Of a stretch of DNA of 58,980 nucleotides, positions 18,161 to 28,215 are shown piece after piece. Each line of letters starts with the position of its first letter. Positions within the stretch are counted from its first letter, which is position 1. The translations under genes and the position numbers were made by a program. The notes below the pieces were generated by a model. That model made no database searches and was not told where the DNA came from. It worked only from the letters and a program-made list of their open reading frames with translations. Where the stretch lies: contig JAHITR010000063.1 of assembly GCA_018817505.1 (NCBI GenBank), positions 1 through 58,980 on the forward strand, written 5' to 3'. Source of the stretch: Candidatus Bipolaricaulota bacterium (GTDB taxonomy: Bacteria; Bipolaricaulota; Bipolaricaulia; UBA7950; UBA9294).

Positions 18161-19153
18161 ATGCTTACTTATATTTTGCGTAGAACGTTGTATATGTTGC
18201 CGCTTCTTCTTGTTGTGTCGCTGATCTCCTTCACGCTGATCAAGATCATGCCGGGTGACTACCTCACTTCGGCGCGTTTGAATCCTCAGGTCACTGAAGA
18301 GACATTGCAGGCACAGATTGAGCGGTTTGGATTGGATCGAAGCTTCATTGTACAGTACGGGCTTTGGCTGAAGAACATCATTCGATACGGTGATTTTGGT
18401 ACGTCATTCGATACGAAGATGCCCGTTTACAGGGCTCTATTTTTGGGCAACAAGCTTCAGTGGACTGTCTTTATTGCTTTTTCAACGCTTGTGTTATCGT
18501 ACTTATTTGCTATCCCTATTGGCATTTACTCAGCGACCCACCAATACAAACCGAGCGATCATATCGTAACCTTCCTTGGATTCCTCGGCCTTTCTATTCC
18601 CAACTTTTTCTTTGCATTGGTCTTGCTGTGGATTCTCGTGGTCATATTCAAGGTGGGAGATCACGGTTTGACTGTCGGTGGCGTCATGGACCTGCATTTC
18701 TATGGCGAGGCCATGTCGTGGTCCAAGTTCACCAATATTCTCTGGCACTTGTGGCCGGTTTGGGTGGTCATTGGCACCAGCAACATGGCCGGTCTGATCC
18801 GTCTCATGCGTGGGAATCTGCTGGATACACTATCTCTCCCCTACGTGAAGACCGCCCGCGCCAAGGGACTTACTGAGCGCGTCGTCATCTACAAGCATGC
18901 CGTACGCAACGCAGTCAACCCGCTGGTGACGATTCTGGGGCTTACGCTGCCAGGCCTTGTTTCGGGATCGGTCGTTGTGGCGATTGTTCTGAACCTGCCT
19001 ACCGTGGGACGGTCGTATTTTGCTGCGCTGCAACGTCAGGATGAACCGGTCATTATGGCAGGCCTCTTGTTCTTCAGCCTGTTCTTGTTGATTGGCAACG
19101 TTCTTGCTGACTTCTTGCTAGCGTGGGTCGATCCACGCATCCGCTATGACTGA
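18161..19153 (+). CDS. oppB: Oligopeptide ABC transporter permease OppB/DppB
   Basis: YILRR, GDFGTSF, YVKTARAKGL..HAVRNA, DPRIRY. Confidence 0.93.
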   Translation: MLTYILRRTLYMLPLLLVVSLISFTLIKIMPGDYLTSARLNPQVTEETLQAQIERFGLDRSFIVQYGLWLKNIIRYGDFGTSFDTKMPVYRALFLGNKLQWTVFIAFSTLVLSYLFAIPIGIYSATHQYKPSDHIVTFLGFLGLSIPNFFFALVLLWILVVIFKVGDHGLTVGGVMDLHFYGEAMSWSKFTNILWHLWPVWVVIGTSNMAGLIRLMRGNLLDTLSLPYVKTARAKGLTERVVIYKHAVRNAVNPLVTILGLTLPGLVSGSVVVAIVLNLPTVGRSYFAALQRQDEPVIMAGLLFFSLFLLIGNVLADFLLAWVDPRIRYD

Positions 19154-19164
19154 TTCTTGGGGTA

Positions 19165-20337
19165 ATGAGCAAAGGAGTAAACTCGATCATGGCTAGTCGG
19201 AGAAAAAAGAAAGCACAAGCACAGCTAGAGGAGCAAGGCTACGTTAGCCGGTCCCAAGCGCAGATGATCTGGCAGGCTTTTCGTCGGCATCGCGTGGGCA
19301 ACGTGGGGACGGTCATTGTCCTGCTCTTCCTACTGGTCGCGATATTCGCTCAGTACATTGGCCCCATGTCGTTTTCCTATCAATCCCGCAAGCATCCGTT
19401 TGCACCCCCAACGACCGTGCATTGGCGAGATGACGACGGTTCGCTGTCGAGACCGTATGTCTATGCGACGACGCGGGCGATCGATAGAACAACCTACGCG
19501 GCGATATTTACTGAAGACATATCGAAGAAGTACTACATTCGTTTCTTCGTAACTGGAGGCAGTCAGCACAACCTATTCGGGTTCATCCCGACGACCGGTC
19601 ATTTGTTTGCCGCGCGAGCCGACGATGGCACAGAGGCACCTGTGTTCCTTCTAGGGACGGACATGTTGGGACGCGATATGTTTACGCGTTGCCTCGTCGG
19701 TAGTTGGGTTTCCCTGGCTGTAGGTCCGCTCGTCATCCTCATTGCCTTCCCTCTTGGAATCCTTCTTGGAGGGATTTCTGGATACTATGGCGGCGGCGTG
19801 GACATGTTCATTCAACGTGTTTGCGAAGTGTTCCTTGCCATTCCAGGCCTGCCTATTCTGATGGCCATGGGCGCTGCTCTGAGGGGATTCGGGCTGTCGG
19901 CGATGATGGTGTTCTTTGGCGTGATTGTCTCTCTGGCCATTATTAGCTGGGGCGGTTTCGCTCGCGTCATTCGCGGCCAGGTGTTGGCCATTCGCGAAAT
20001 GGATTTCGTGACGGCTGCATCCGCTGCCGGTGCCAGTGACCTGCGAATTATCGTCCGCCATATCACACCGAATATCACTAGCTATCTCATCGTCTCGGCA
20101 ACGCTACAGATCCCTGGAATGATGCTGACTGAAGCGGCGTTGAGCTTCCTGGGTTACGGCATTCAGGAACCAATGACCAGTTGGGGACAGCTGCTCAACG
20201 CGGCCACCAACATTGGCGCGATGGAATTGCATCCATGGATTCTAATTCCAGGAGCGTTCATTGTTGTCGCAGTGCTTGCCTTCAACTTCATGGGCGATGC
20301 ATTGCGTGATGCCGTGGATCCTTACTCCATTCTGTAG
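19165..20337 (+). CDS. oppC: Oligopeptide ABC transporter permease OppC/DppC (alternative start 19189)
   Basis: LLGTDMLGRD, ARVIRGQVL, EAALSFLG, FNFMGDALRDAVDP. Confidence 0.93.
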   Translation: MSKGVNSIMASRRKKKAQAQLEEQGYVSRSQAQMIWQAFRRHRVGNVGTVIVLLFLLVAIFAQYIGPMSFSYQSRKHPFAPPTTVHWRDDDGSLSRPYVYATTRAIDRTTYAAIFTEDISKKYYIRFFVTGGSQHNLFGFIPTTGHLFAARADDGTEAPVFLLGTDMLGRDMFTRCLVGSWVSLAVGPLVILIAFPLGILLGGISGYYGGGVDMFIQRVCEVFLAIPGLPILMAMGAALRGFGLSAMMVFFGVIVSLAIISWGGFARVIRGQVLAIREMDFVTAASAAGASDLRIIVRHITPNITSYLIVSATLQIPGMMLTEAALSFLGYGIQEPMTSWGQLLNAATNIGAMELHPWILIPGAFIVVAVLAFNFMGDALRDAVDPYSIL

Positions 20338-20365
20338 TAGGTGACCACAGGTAACTGCTGATCAG

Positions 20366-20399
20366 GGCCTTGCTGCGACAAGCAGCAAGGCCTTTCTTT
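20366..20399 (+). terminator. Rho-independent terminator of the opp operon
   Basis: GGCCTTGCTGC-GACAA-GCAGCAAGGCC followed by TTTCTTT. Confidence 0.8.
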
Positions 20400-20459
20400 G
20401 TGCCTGGAACATCACGCCAAAAGATTGTTGTGAGAGGAGCCAGGCAAAATGGCGAAACG

Positions 20460-20488
20460 TTGCATCAGAAGAGGGAATCCGTTATTCT
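20460..20488 (+). promoter_or_regulatory. Putative sigma70 promoter of gyrA-tyrS
   Basis: TTGCAT-17 nt-TATTCT about 23 nt before the ATG. Confidence 0.45.
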
Positions 20489-20511
20489 TAGAGGTCTTCT
20501 GAGGGGGGATT

Positions 20512-22914
20512 ATGGATCGCATCGAACGCACGTTCATCGAAGATGAGATGGAGCAGTCGTACATCAACTATGCGATGAGCGTCATCCGTGGGCGCGCCAT
20601 TCCCGATGTCCGAGATGGTCTCAAGCCAGTACAGAGACGCATCCTTTACGGTATGAGGGAATTGGGAGTGACGCCTGGGAAGCCTCATCGGAAATCGGCT
20701 CGAATCGTTGGCGAAGTCATGGGTAAGTTCCATCCGCACGGCGACCAGGCGATTTACGACACCATGGTGAACATGGCGCAGGATTTCTCCCAGCGCTACG
20801 TGCTTGTGGATGGACAAGGCAACTTTGGCTCGATCGACGGTGACCCCGCGGCTGCCACACGATACACAGAGGCTCGTTTGGCGCCTATCGCAGTCGAAAT
20901 GCTCGAGGAATTGGGCGAGAAGACGGTTGACTGGATCCCCAATTTTGATGAGTCGCTCGATGAGCCAGTGGTTCTCCCTTCGAAAGTGCCTAACTTGCTG
21001 ATGAACGGGGCTTGGGGAATTTCCGTGGGAATGACGACCCAAATTCCACCGCACAATCTGGTTGAACTGGTCGATGGAATCATTGCCGTCATGGACAATC
21101 CATTCATTACGGTGAAAGAGTTGATGGCGCACATTCAAGGCCCGGACTTCCCAACTGGCGGCATGATTATGGGGCGTGACGGCATTGACGACATGTATCG
21201 GACAGGCACTGGCAAGGTCACTGTTCGCGCCCAAGCAACCATTGAAGATGATCGAATCATTGTCTCAGAAATCCCCTATCAGGTCCGCAAGTCGACGATT
21301 GTGGAGTCGATTGCCGCCAAGGTTCAATCTGAGCAAATTGATGGCATTTCGGATTTGCGCGATGAGTCAGATCGAGAAGGGCTGCGAATTGTCATTGAGC
21401 TGAAGCGGTCTGCCAATCCCAATGTGGTTCTCAATCAACTGTACAAATTCACATCGATGGAGCGCACGTTCTCTGCCAATTTCCTGGTGATTCTTGACGG
21501 CAACCCGCGAACTTTGTCCCTCAAGGAGATTCTCAATTGCTTCATCGATTTTCGGCGTGAGGTTGTGCGTCGGCGCACAGAACATCGGTTGGACGTCGCG
21601 CAGAAGCGAGCGCACATTCTTGAGGGCTATCGCATTGCGCTTGAGCAGATTGATCGGGTGATCGAAATCATTCGAACCTCCAAGGACACGGAAACGGAAA
21701 CCCGGCTGCTGCAAACTGAAATGGCGTTGTCTGATGAACAGATCGACGCCATCCTCAAAATGCGCCTGTCGCAGCTGCGCACGTTGGAGCGAGAGCGAAT
21801 CGACAATGAATTCGACGAGAAGATTAGGGCGATTGCTGAATACAAGCGTATTCTTGAATCGGACCTGACGCTTGACGAGACGATCAAATCCGAATTGCGA
21901 GAAGTCGCTGAACGGTTCCCTGAAGCCCGCCGAACGGCCATTGCCGATGAAGACGGGAATCTCGATTTCAATGATCTCATTCCTGACTATGATTTGATGG
22001 TCAGTGTCACCAATCGTGGATACGTCAATGCTCCCCGAGCCATCGATTTTAGATCTCAAGGTCGAGGCGGCAAGGGCGTGATTGGGCAACGCACCAAGGA
22101 TGATGATTTCGTTCTGCTGTCGAGCCTCGTCAATGCGAGAGACCAACTGCTGTTCTTCAGTGATCGGCTTCGCGTCTACCGCACGCAGGGGCATCGCCTG
22201 CCATCCATGAGCCGGGACGCACAAGGCAAGAACATTCGCAGCTTCATTCCGTTGGAGCAAGACGAGATGGTTCGCTCGATCTTGCCGCTGCGCAGTTTTG
22301 ATGACGTAGAAGGCATGCTGTGCTTGATGGCGACTGGCAATGGAATCGTCAACAAGAACCTGCTGACAGACTATTCCAACGTCTATGCCAATGGGATCAA
22401 TGCGCTCACCTCTGCAGACGACGACCGGTTGGTTGACGTCGTCTCGAGTGAGGGTGGAGGCGAGTTGATATTGGCGACCAAGAGCGGTCAATCGATCCGC
22501 TTCCGAGAAGAGGAAGTGAGGCTGACCAAGCGTCCGTCCAAGGGCGTCATCGGCATTCGATTGGATGCTGGAGATAGCGTCATCGGCATGGCTTGTCTGG
22601 ATCGCGATATCACCATGGACAAGAAGCTGCTTATGGTCACCGAGCTGGGCTATGGCAAACGCGTGTCGTTGGAAGACTTCCCAATCCAGGGACGAGGCGG
22701 CAAAGGCGTGCAAGGGATTAAGACAGACGACGAGTCAGGGGCGCTCGTGTCCATTGGTATCGTGTCTGATCAAGACGAACTGATCATTACCACCGAGCAG
22801 AAGGTCATTCGAATCATGGCCGGAGACATCAACATTTACAGACGGTATGCGCGTGGCGTACGCCTAATTCAGTTGGATGAAGACGATCGCATTGTGTCTG
22901 TCGTACGAACGTAG
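20512..22914 (+). CDS. gyrA: DNA gyrase subunit A
   Basis: [14 protein letters not shown], catalytic RYTEARL, GyrA-box QGRGGKG, beta-pinwheel CTD. Confidence 0.95.
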   Translation: MDRIERTFIEDEMEQSYINYAMSVIRGRAIPDVRDGLKPVQRRILYGMRELGVTPGKPHRKSARIVGEVMGKFHPHGDQAIYDTMVNMAQDFSQRYVLVDGQGNFGSIDGDPAAATRYTEARLAPIAVEMLEELGEKTVDWIPNFDESLDEPVVLPSKVPNLLMNGAWGISVGMTTQIPPHNLVELVDGIIAVMDNPFITVKELMAHIQGPDFPTGGMIMGRDGIDDMYRTGTGKVTVRAQATIEDDRIIVSEIPYQVRKSTIVESIAAKVQSEQIDGISDLRDESDREGLRIVIELKRSANPNVVLNQLYKFTSMERTFSANFLVILDGNPRTLSLKEILNCFIDFRREVVRRRTEHRLDVAQKRAHILEGYRIALEQIDRVIEIIRTSKDTETETRLLQTEMALSDEQIDAILKMRLSQLRTLERERIDNEFDEKIRAIAEYKRILESDLTLDETIKSELREVAERFPEARRTAIADEDGNLDFNDLIPDYDLMVSVTNRGYVNAPRAIDFRSQGRGGKGVIGQRTKDDDFVLLSSLVNARDQLLFFSDRLRVYRTQGHRLPSMSRDAQGKNIRSFIPLEQDEMVRSILPLRSFDDVEGMLCLMATGNGIVNKNLLTDYSNVYANGINALTSADDDRLVDVVSSEGGGELILATKSGQSIRFREEEVRLTKRPSKGVIGIRLDAGDSVIGMACLDRDITMDKKLLMVTELGYGKRVSLEDFPIQGRGGKGVQGIKTDDESGALVSIGIVSDQDELIITTEQKVIRIMAGDINIYRRYARGVRLIQLDEDDRIVSVVRT

Positions 22915-22922
22915 GGAGCCTC

Positions 22923-24122
22923 ATGAGCGAGCGGATGGCAAGGTTGGTGGACGAACAGCTCAGCGTGGGTGTGGACACACTCGTTCCTCGCGACGAACTT
23001 ATCGCGAAACTTGTGAACTCTGAGAAGAAGGGCGTTCCGCTTCGGATCAAATTGGGAATCGACCCCTCTGCGCCTCACCTCACGCTTGGCCATTCCGTTC
23101 CTCTGCGGAAAATGCGACAATTTCAGGACCTGGGACACACGGGAGTTCTCATCGTTGGCGATTTTACGCGCCGCATCGGCGATCCTACGGGCCGAGCATC
23201 CACGCGCGTGTTGATGTCTGAAGCAGACATCAAGAGGAATATCGAGACCTACCAAGAACAAGCCTACAAAATCCTTGACCCACAGCGAACGGAAATCCGC
23301 TACAACTCGGAGTGGCTTGGCATTCTCAAGCTGGAAGACATCATCAACCTCACTGCGAAATATACGGTTGCGCGCATGTTGGAGCGCGATGATTTCTCCA
23401 AACGCTACGCCGAAGGCCGATCCATCAGCGTGCTGGAATTCTTGTATCCACTGACTCAAGCCTACGACAGCGTGGCCATCCGGGCGGATGTTGAGCTTGG
23501 AGGCGCAGATCAGCTGTTCAACCTGCTGGTCGGCCGCGACATTCAGCGGGAGTACGGCCAAGAATCACAGGTCGTCCTTACCGTCCCCCTGTTGCTTGGT
23601 ATCGACGGAGAACGAGCCATGAGTCAAACCACAGGCAACTACGTGGGGCTCAATGAGTCCGCTTCGGAGATCTACGGCAAGGTGTTGAGCATTCCGGACG
23701 CTCTGATTCAAAGCTACTTCGTCTTCCTGACTGACATTAATCCCGACACGGTGAACGATCTGTCTCCTCGCGATGCCAAGCGAATGCTGGCGAGAGAATT
23801 GGTGACCATGTATCACAGCGCCGACGCTGCCGCAGAAGCGCAAGAGGAATTTGATCGCATTCATATTCGTCATGAACGTCCGACAGAGGTGCCTCAAGTG
23901 AGTCTTGATCGATCTCTGGTCAAAGAGGACGGAGGCGTCTGGATCATTGACCTCCTGCAGGCCTCAGGGCTGGTAGAAAGCCGCTCGCAGGCCAAACGCT
24001 TGATCCAGCAGGGCGGAGTCAAAATCAACGATGAGAAGGCGTCCTCGCCCGAGCTCGATATTCCCTTCCATCCGCCGGTGATGATTCAAGTAGGCAAGCG
24101 AGGATTCACCGAGCTCGTTTAG
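22923..24122 (+). CDS. tyrS: Tyrosine--tRNA ligase with C-terminal S4 domain
   Basis: KLGIDPSAP, IGDPTG, YPLTQAYDS, ELGGADQLFN, SRSQAKRLIQQGGV..QVGKR. Confidence 0.95.
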   Translation: MSERMARLVDEQLSVGVDTLVPRDELIAKLVNSEKKGVPLRIKLGIDPSAPHLTLGHSVPLRKMRQFQDLGHTGVLIVGDFTRRIGDPTGRASTRVLMSEADIKRNIETYQEQAYKILDPQRTEIRYNSEWLGILKLEDIINLTAKYTVARMLERDDFSKRYAEGRSISVLEFLYPLTQAYDSVAIRADVELGGADQLFNLLVGRDIQREYGQESQVVLTVPLLLGIDGERAMSQTTGNYVGLNESASEIYGKVLSIPDALIQSYFVFLTDINPDTVNDLSPRDAKRMLARELVTMYHSADAAAEAQEEFDRIHIRHERPTEVPQVSLDRSLVKEDGGVWIIDLLQASGLVESRSQAKRLIQQGGVKINDEKASSPELDIPFHPPVMIQVGKRGFTELV

Positions 24123-24142
24123 CACGAGACGAAATAGAAATC

Positions 24143-24250
24143 GCCGAGGCGCCGGGGCTCAGTCGAGCCCCGTTTCTCCTTCTTGCCAAAGAAGAAGGGG
24201 AATCACCGAATCTCGGCAATTCCCCCAATTACATCACGCGAAGCGCGAGG
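24143..24250. terminator. Branched hairpin cluster between convergent tyrS and mbhN (likely bidirectional terminator region)
   Basis: CGGGGCTC-AGTC-GAGCCCCG and TCTCCTTCTT/AAGAAGGGGA enclosed by GCCGAG/CTCGGC. Confidence 0.5.
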
Positions 24251-24252
24251 CG

Positions 24253-24645
24253 TCAGTCTACAATCAGATTCTTGGAGAATCGGTCCGTATCCGCTAGCAA
24301 GAATTCGGGTGTTGTTGCCAACGCATCAACAGGACATACATCAACACACTGCGCACAAAACGTGCAGCGGGCAACATACATGCGAATCTTCTTGTTTTCG
24401 GGCAAGAACTGAATGACGCTTGCCGGACACACGCGAATGCAAAGCTGACAGCCGATGCATTTCTCGCGATCATAGGCGATCTTACCCCGCAGGTCCGCAG
24501 GAGCGGGCACTGGAGGATGAATCGACGCCTTGCCTGCAGCCACCTTGTTCAACAGTCCGGTTACCGATTTCGGCATGTAGCGCGCAGGAAACGGATTGGT
24601 CGCTGGCTTGCTGAACAACTGCTTTAACAACGTGCCAAAGATCAT
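24253..24645 (-). CDS. mbhN: Membrane-bound hydrogenase 2x[4Fe-4S] subunit (NuoI-like)
   Basis: CIGCQLCIRVCP and CTFCAQCVDVCP; operon position. Confidence 0.9.
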   Translation of the reverse strand: MIFGTLLKQLFSKPATNPFPARYMPKSVTGLLNKVAAGKASIHPPVPAPADLRGKIAYDREKCIGCQLCIRVCPASVIQFLPENKKIRMYVARCTFCAQCVDVCPVDALATTPEFLLADTDRFSKNLIVD

Positions 24646-24654
24646 GAATGCCTC

Positions 24655-25653
24655 CTACACGATCCGATCGAGCATCAGAAGCACCATCCCCAACAGGGAG
24701 ATGCCAGTAATCGGCAGCCAGAATAGCCGAGCGGCTTGTCCGATCTTTAGACGCGCGAACGCAACACGAACCACGATGACTGCGAAGAAGATCACCACGA
24801 ACACCTTCACAAGATAGAAGGCGACATCGATGACGCTTCCCCAGATTCCTCCAGTCACGCCCAACAATCCCGACAGCCCGTAGGGGAAGAACAGGGCCAC
24901 AGTGAGCGACCCCATGACCACCATTTTGATGGCATCCGCCAAATAGAACATGGCCATGTTGCGGCCCGAGTATTCAGCCAGGATTCCGCCTGCGATTTCG
25001 GTTTCCGCTTCAGGGATATCAAACGGTATCTTTGTCAATTCTGCTGGTGTCACGATCATCAACGCGCAGAACAGAAGCAACAGCCCAATGAATCCCAGCG
25101 GACCGACCAGACCCCAGAGAGGATTGGATGCCAGCACAGTCAAGGAAAACACCTGTGCGCCGGGCATGACTGAAGACAAGTACCAGCCCAGCGACAAAAG
25201 TGTGATAGCCAGCGGGAACTCATAGGCCATCATCATGACCAGTTCACGCTGTGCGCCGACGGTGGCAAAGGGGGACCCAGCAGCGAAGCCGCCAAGAACC
25301 ATAGCCAGAGACGGAACCGCGAGTAAGTACAGGATCAGGATGAGGTCCCCGAATCCACCGAGCAGCGGCTCGAATCCGCCCAAGGGCAGGTAGAACAACA
25401 ACGTGCCCACAGCCGCCAATGAGACCAGCGGCATGAGATTGAACAGCCAGGCCACGGCGTGATCGGGAACGACGTTTTCCTTCACCATCAACTTAACGAC
25501 ATCGAAGAATGGCTGACGTAGTGGCGGACCGATGCGGCCCTGCATCTGAGCAGCCAGCTTGCGGTCGAGCCCTTTGTAGATCATCCCCAGGAACGTACCT
25601 CCTACGAGGATGATGAGTCCCTGCCAGACGGCATTGAGAAGTGTGGCGCTCAT
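24655..25653 (-). CDS. mbhM: Membrane-bound hydrogenase NuoH-like membrane subunit
   Basis: RKLAAQMQGRIGPP, PFDIPEAETEI, EYSG. Confidence 0.92.
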   Translation of the reverse strand: MSATLLNAVWQGLIILVGGTFLGMIYKGLDRKLAAQMQGRIGPPLRQPFFDVVKLMVKENVVPDHAVAWLFNLMPLVSLAAVGTLLFYLPLGGFEPLLGGFGDLILILYLLAVPSLAMVLGGFAAGSPFATVGAQRELVMMMAYEFPLAITLLSLGWYLSSVMPGAQVFSLTVLASNPLWGLVGPLGFIGLLLLFCALMIVTPAELTKIPFDIPEAETEIAGGILAEYSGRNMAMFYLADAIKMVVMGSLTVALFFPYGLSGLLGVTGGIWGSVIDVAFYLVKVFVVIFFAVIVVRVAFARLKIGQAARLFWLPITGISLLGMVLLMLDRIV

Positions 25654-26909
25654 CCGCAGATCCTCCTTGTCTTTTCACGCGACAGTCGTACGAGTTCTTC
25701 CTTCATCCGAGTCGTCTTGTTCCCAGCAGCATCGGCAAGATGCACACGATCCATGCAGCACATGCACGGGTCAATGGACGCAGCGATGATGGGAACGTCA
25801 GCGATTTCGTCTCCCAGGAATTTGGGCACCCACGCCATCAGATTGGAGTAGGTGGGAGCCTTAACCTTCCATACAGCCAGCTCTTCCACGCCTTCCGCAA
25901 GTCTGACATAGTGGATGACCTCGCCTCGCGGGGCCTCATGCCGCCCGATTCCTTCGCCCGAGGCCTTCTTCAACGCAGCCAAGAGAGCGGGAACTTTGGG
26001 AATAGACATGAGCTCACCTGACGGCAAGTTCTCCAGACAGTACTCAATGATCCCGATGGACTGCTGCACTTCGAGCAATCGCACGATGATGTTATCGTAA
26101 ACGTCTCCGCGAGGTTCTGTACCGAAATCTGCAGGCGTGATCGCCCTAATATCCATGTCCGCATAAGCTAGATACGGCATATCTTGACGAACGTCCTTCT
26201 TAACGCCTGACGCGCGGGCAGTGGGACCGACGGCACAGAGTTCGATGGCTTGATCGTATGTCAGCGCGCCGACATCGCGTGTTCTCATCTCCACGGACTT
26301 GTCATGCAAGAAGGCGTCAATCATCTGCTGGAGAAGGCTCTTGTAGTAGTCGAGCGCCTCGTAGGCAAGATGCGCCTTCTCTGCGGGAACGTCGCGGCGG
26401 ACACCGCTGAAGATCGGGATTGCATAATCGACGCGATTCCCCGTGAGTTCTTCCAGCAGATCCATCGATTTCTCTCGGACATTCCACGTGAGGTGCAGCA
26501 GCGTATCGAATCCGAGTTCGTGCGCGCCGACGCCTGCCCACAGCAAGTGCGAGTGTACGCGTTCCAGCTCACCGATAATCGTTCGAATGTACTGAGCCCG
26601 CGGCGGCACTTCAATTCCTGCGGCATTTTCCACGGCTTGCGTGAAGGCCAACGGATGCGAGATGGAACAAATACCGCAAATGCGTTCAGACAGATAGAGG
26701 GCCTGAATCAAATTGCGTTTCATGCCCATATACTCGATGCCTCGGTGGGCAAAACCAGGCTTGATATCCACGCCGACGATTCGTTCGCCATCCAGATCGA
26801 AACTGAATCGGATGGGTTCCTTCAGCGCCGGATGAACGGGGCCAACGGGGACGGTATACGTGGTGGCGGCGCATTGTCCCACTTTTAGATTGATGGAGTC
26901 GTTATTCAT
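25650..26909 (-). CDS. mbhL: Group 4 [NiFe] hydrogenase large catalytic subunit
   Basis: GPVHPALKEP, L1 ERICGICS, EAPRGE, L2 DPCMCCMDR plus C-terminal extension. Confidence 0.93.
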   Translation of the reverse strand: MNNDSINLKVGQCAATTYTVPVGPVHPALKEPIRFSFDLDGERIVGVDIKPGFAHRGIEYMGMKRNLIQALYLSERICGICSISHPLAFTQAVENAAGIEVPPRAQYIRTIIGELERVHSHLLWAGVGAHELGFDTLLHLTWNVREKSMDLLEELTGNRVDYAIPIFSGVRRDVPAEKAHLAYEALDYYKSLLQQMIDAFLHDKSVEMRTRDVGALTYDQAIELCAVGPTARASGVKKDVRQDMPYLAYADMDIRAITPADFGTEPRGDVYDNIIVRLLEVQQSIGIIEYCLENLPSGELMSIPKVPALLAALKKASGEGIGRHEAPRGEVIHYVRLAEGVEELAVWKVKAPTYSNLMAWVPKFLGDEIADVPIIAASIDPCMCCMDRVHLADAAGNKTTRMKEELVRLSREKTRRICG

Positions 26910-27429
26910 TGCGCCCCTCCCATTTCACCATTCGCTTGACTTCCTTGGCCGTCTCTTCTTCAAGATCCTTGCGCCATGGGTGAATCGTGGCGCCCTCGGG
27001 CAAGAAGAGGTTGCGACTGTCAGGAATGCCGACGACGTCGATTCCATAGAACTCGATTTTTTCACGTTCCGACGTCTGAGCACCCGCCAGCAAGTCTGTG
27101 ATGGTCGGAATCGACAAATCGGACTTGGGAAGCATCGTTCGAATGGTGAACGTTGCCTCTCCGTAGCGCTCGCCCCAACCCACAGTGAAGTGGTAGTTCA
27201 GTGCCACGTTTTCGCCCAGATCGTCTCCTGAAATCACCGAAAGGTGAGGCGTGTACTCGGTGCACAGATGGGCCACTGCATTGTGGAACGAATCGCGCTC
27301 GACGGTGATCCACAGATCATAGACCTTGCCAGGATCGATCGTCCCCACCGTACGTTCGATGGTACGATCGCCGAGATAGGCTCCTCCGAGCGCATGCTTG
27401 AACGAAGCAAAGAGATTCTCTACGTTCAT
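26902..27429 (-). CDS. mbhK: Membrane-bound hydrogenase NuoC-like subunit
   Basis: PTITDL...ERE..EFYGI...GIPD...FLPE...HPWRKD. Confidence 0.88.
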   Translation of the reverse strand: MNVENLFASFKHALGGAYLGDRTIERTVGTIDPGKVYDLWITVERDSFHNAVAHLCTEYTPHLSVISGDDLGENVALNYHFTVGWGERYGEATFTIRTMLPKSDLSIPTITDLLAGAQTSEREKIEFYGIDVVGIPDSRNLFLPEGATIHPWRKDLEEETAKEVKRMVKWEGRNE

Positions 27430-27875
27430 TCGCCCCCCCTCGATTTTTCTAACGTCTCCAACTTGGCAACCGCCTTGACCACGCCATCGATGATTGCTTC
27501 AGGACGCGAAGGGCATCCTGGCACATAGACGTCGACAGGGATCACTTCGTCGATTGGTCCGACCACGTTGTACGACTCATAAAAGACGCCGGACGTCGAG
27601 CCGCAACCGCCAACGACGACGACTGCTTTTGGATCTGGAGTTTGCTCATAGATGCGCTTGAGTCGTGGCAGCATCGGCTTGGTCACCGGACCGGTGATCA
27701 GCAAGACGTCCGCGTGACGGGGCGTACCCGTAAGCATAATCCCGAATCTTTCCACATCGTACCGTGGCGTCAATGCAGCCACGATCTCGATATCACAACC
27801 ATTACATGACCCTGTGGCTACGTGGAACACCCACAGCGCCCGCTTAAAAGAACGAGGTAGTGCCATGTCGCTCAC
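27426..27875 (-). CDS. mbhJ: Membrane-bound hydrogenase small subunit (NuoB-like)
   Basis: GSCNGCDIE, PRHADVL, GGC, DVYVPGCP. Confidence 0.92.
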   Translation of the reverse strand: MSDMALPRSFKRALWVFHVATGSCNGCDIEIVAALTPRYDVERFGIMLTGTPRHADVLLITGPVTKPMLPRLKRIYEQTPDPKAVVVVGGCGSTSGVFYESYNVVGPIDEVIPVDVYVPGCPSRPEAIIDGVVKAVAKLETLEKSRGGE

Positions 27876-28213
27876 CTAGCCAATACGAGAATAACGAACA
27901 CCAATCCGAGCACTCCGACGAACCATGCTGCATAGTCCGAGAGAATGCCGGTATGCCATGCCTTCACACGTCGGTAATAGGCGGATAGCCCATCGATCAT
28001 TCCCCAATACAGGTGATCCCCACGAACGTGGAGTCCATTGGAGGTTTCAGGCTCGTCGTTACCAGACAGGAAGACCTTCGTCTGCCCGGTTCCGCGTTTG
28101 TAGCCTTTGTTCCCAAACGAACGCACGATGAAGGACACCACGAGGATGCCGACGAAAAGCAAGGCCCAGGCAATGGGATTCCATACGCCGAAGCCGGAGC
28201 TTAGTCCACTCAT
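27872..28213 (-). CDS. mbhI: Membrane-bound hydrogenase subunit I
   Basis: Two TMs with QTKVFLSGN...LYWG...HTGILSDY; position between mbhH and mbhJ. Confidence 0.8.
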   Translation of the reverse strand: MSGLSSGFGVWNPIAWALLFVGILVVSFIVRSFGNKGYKRGTGQTKVFLSGNDEPETSNGLHVRGDHLYWGMIDGLSAYYRRVKAWHTGILSDYAAWFVGVLGLVFVILVLAR

Positions 28214-28215
28214 TG

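Noticed and set aside
25650-26909. Mbx/Mbs sulfane reductase or NuoD
   Set aside because: Both CxxC Ni-binding motifs are complete.
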